This document shows positions 63,805 through 64,000 of a DNA stretch of 64,000 nt, piece by piece. Each line of letters opens with the position of its first letter. The first letter of the stretch is position 1. The notes under the pieces are model-generated. The model was not told the origin of the DNA. It did not search any database and was given only the letters and a program-made list of their open reading frames with translations. The position numbers and the translations under genes are program-made. Source of the DNA: an uncultured Nitrospiraceae bacterium. GTDB lineage: Bacteria; Nitrospirota; Nitrospiria; Nitrospirales; Nitrospiraceae. The stretch covers positions 768,001 to 832,000 of the forward strand of contig CAVSTP010000003.1 of NCBI GenBank assembly GCA_963730935.1, given 5' to 3'.

Positions 63805-64000
63805 ATGGGTCAAAACAACCAGGCCGAACCTGCTCATTTCTTTCAGAATCGTCTGAAGAACGTCCGCATCGCCAAAGGATTCTCGCAAGCGGAACTTGCC
63901 GCGAAATCCGGAATCACCAGACAAGCCGTCTCTGCCATTGAATCTGAAGTCTATCTTCCCACCACCGCAGTTGCCCTGCGATTGGCTTCCGTTCTCGCGT
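63805..64000 (+). CDS. XRE-family helix-turn-helix regulator (5' part only)
   Basis: Manual translation: MGQNNQ...NRLKNVRIAKGFSQAELAAKSGITRQAVSAIESEVYLPTTAVALRLA. Confidence 0.88.
   Translation, partial: MGQNNQAEPAHFFQNRLKNVRIAKGFSQAELAAKSGITRQAVSAIESEVYLPTTAVALRLASVLA

Overview
About 60% GC bacterial chromosome segment. The gene content, tandem DUF507 genes, lineage-type lipoproteins and dispersed GC-rich repeats suggest Nitrospira/Nitrospirota (inference, not searched). The core portion carries Moco synthesis (moaC-D-E-A), accD, folC, lptD, trxA, recN, bcp, radA, tsaB, rimI, tatC, a cyclophilin and trmL. Accessory modules are: (1) a 12.6-21 kb minus-strand signalling cluster whose centrepiece is a 1394-aa protein with REC, PAS, His-less pseudo-kinase, two PilZ, a LuxD-like hydrolase with Ser replaced by Asp, and a SAM methyltransferase. 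It is followed by a GAF kinase, an NtrC-type activator and a REC-HD-GYP gene with a candidate sigma-54 promoter, and preceded by a four-way-junction RNA-like structure. This is my best candidate for an undescribed system. (2) A secreted PHM/dopamine-beta-hydroxylase-like copper monooxygenase. (3) An RND efflux operon with a candidate sigma-54 promoter. (4) A two-component system facing a sigma-54 promoter with two TGT-N10-ACA sites ahead of DUF2173 and a Cys-less peroxiredoxin-fold gene. (5) A sulfur-starvation/oxyanion operon (YezD, porin, orphan ModA, lipoprotein, racemase, SsuABC, SfnR-like). Other oddities are a FolB-methyltransferase fusion, a MoaD whose Gly-Gly is capped by a repeat-derived 41-aa tail, and a 182-nt rod-shaped hairpin. 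I saw no rRNA, tRNA, CRISPR array or transposase. All calls come from reading motifs by eye; no database search was run.
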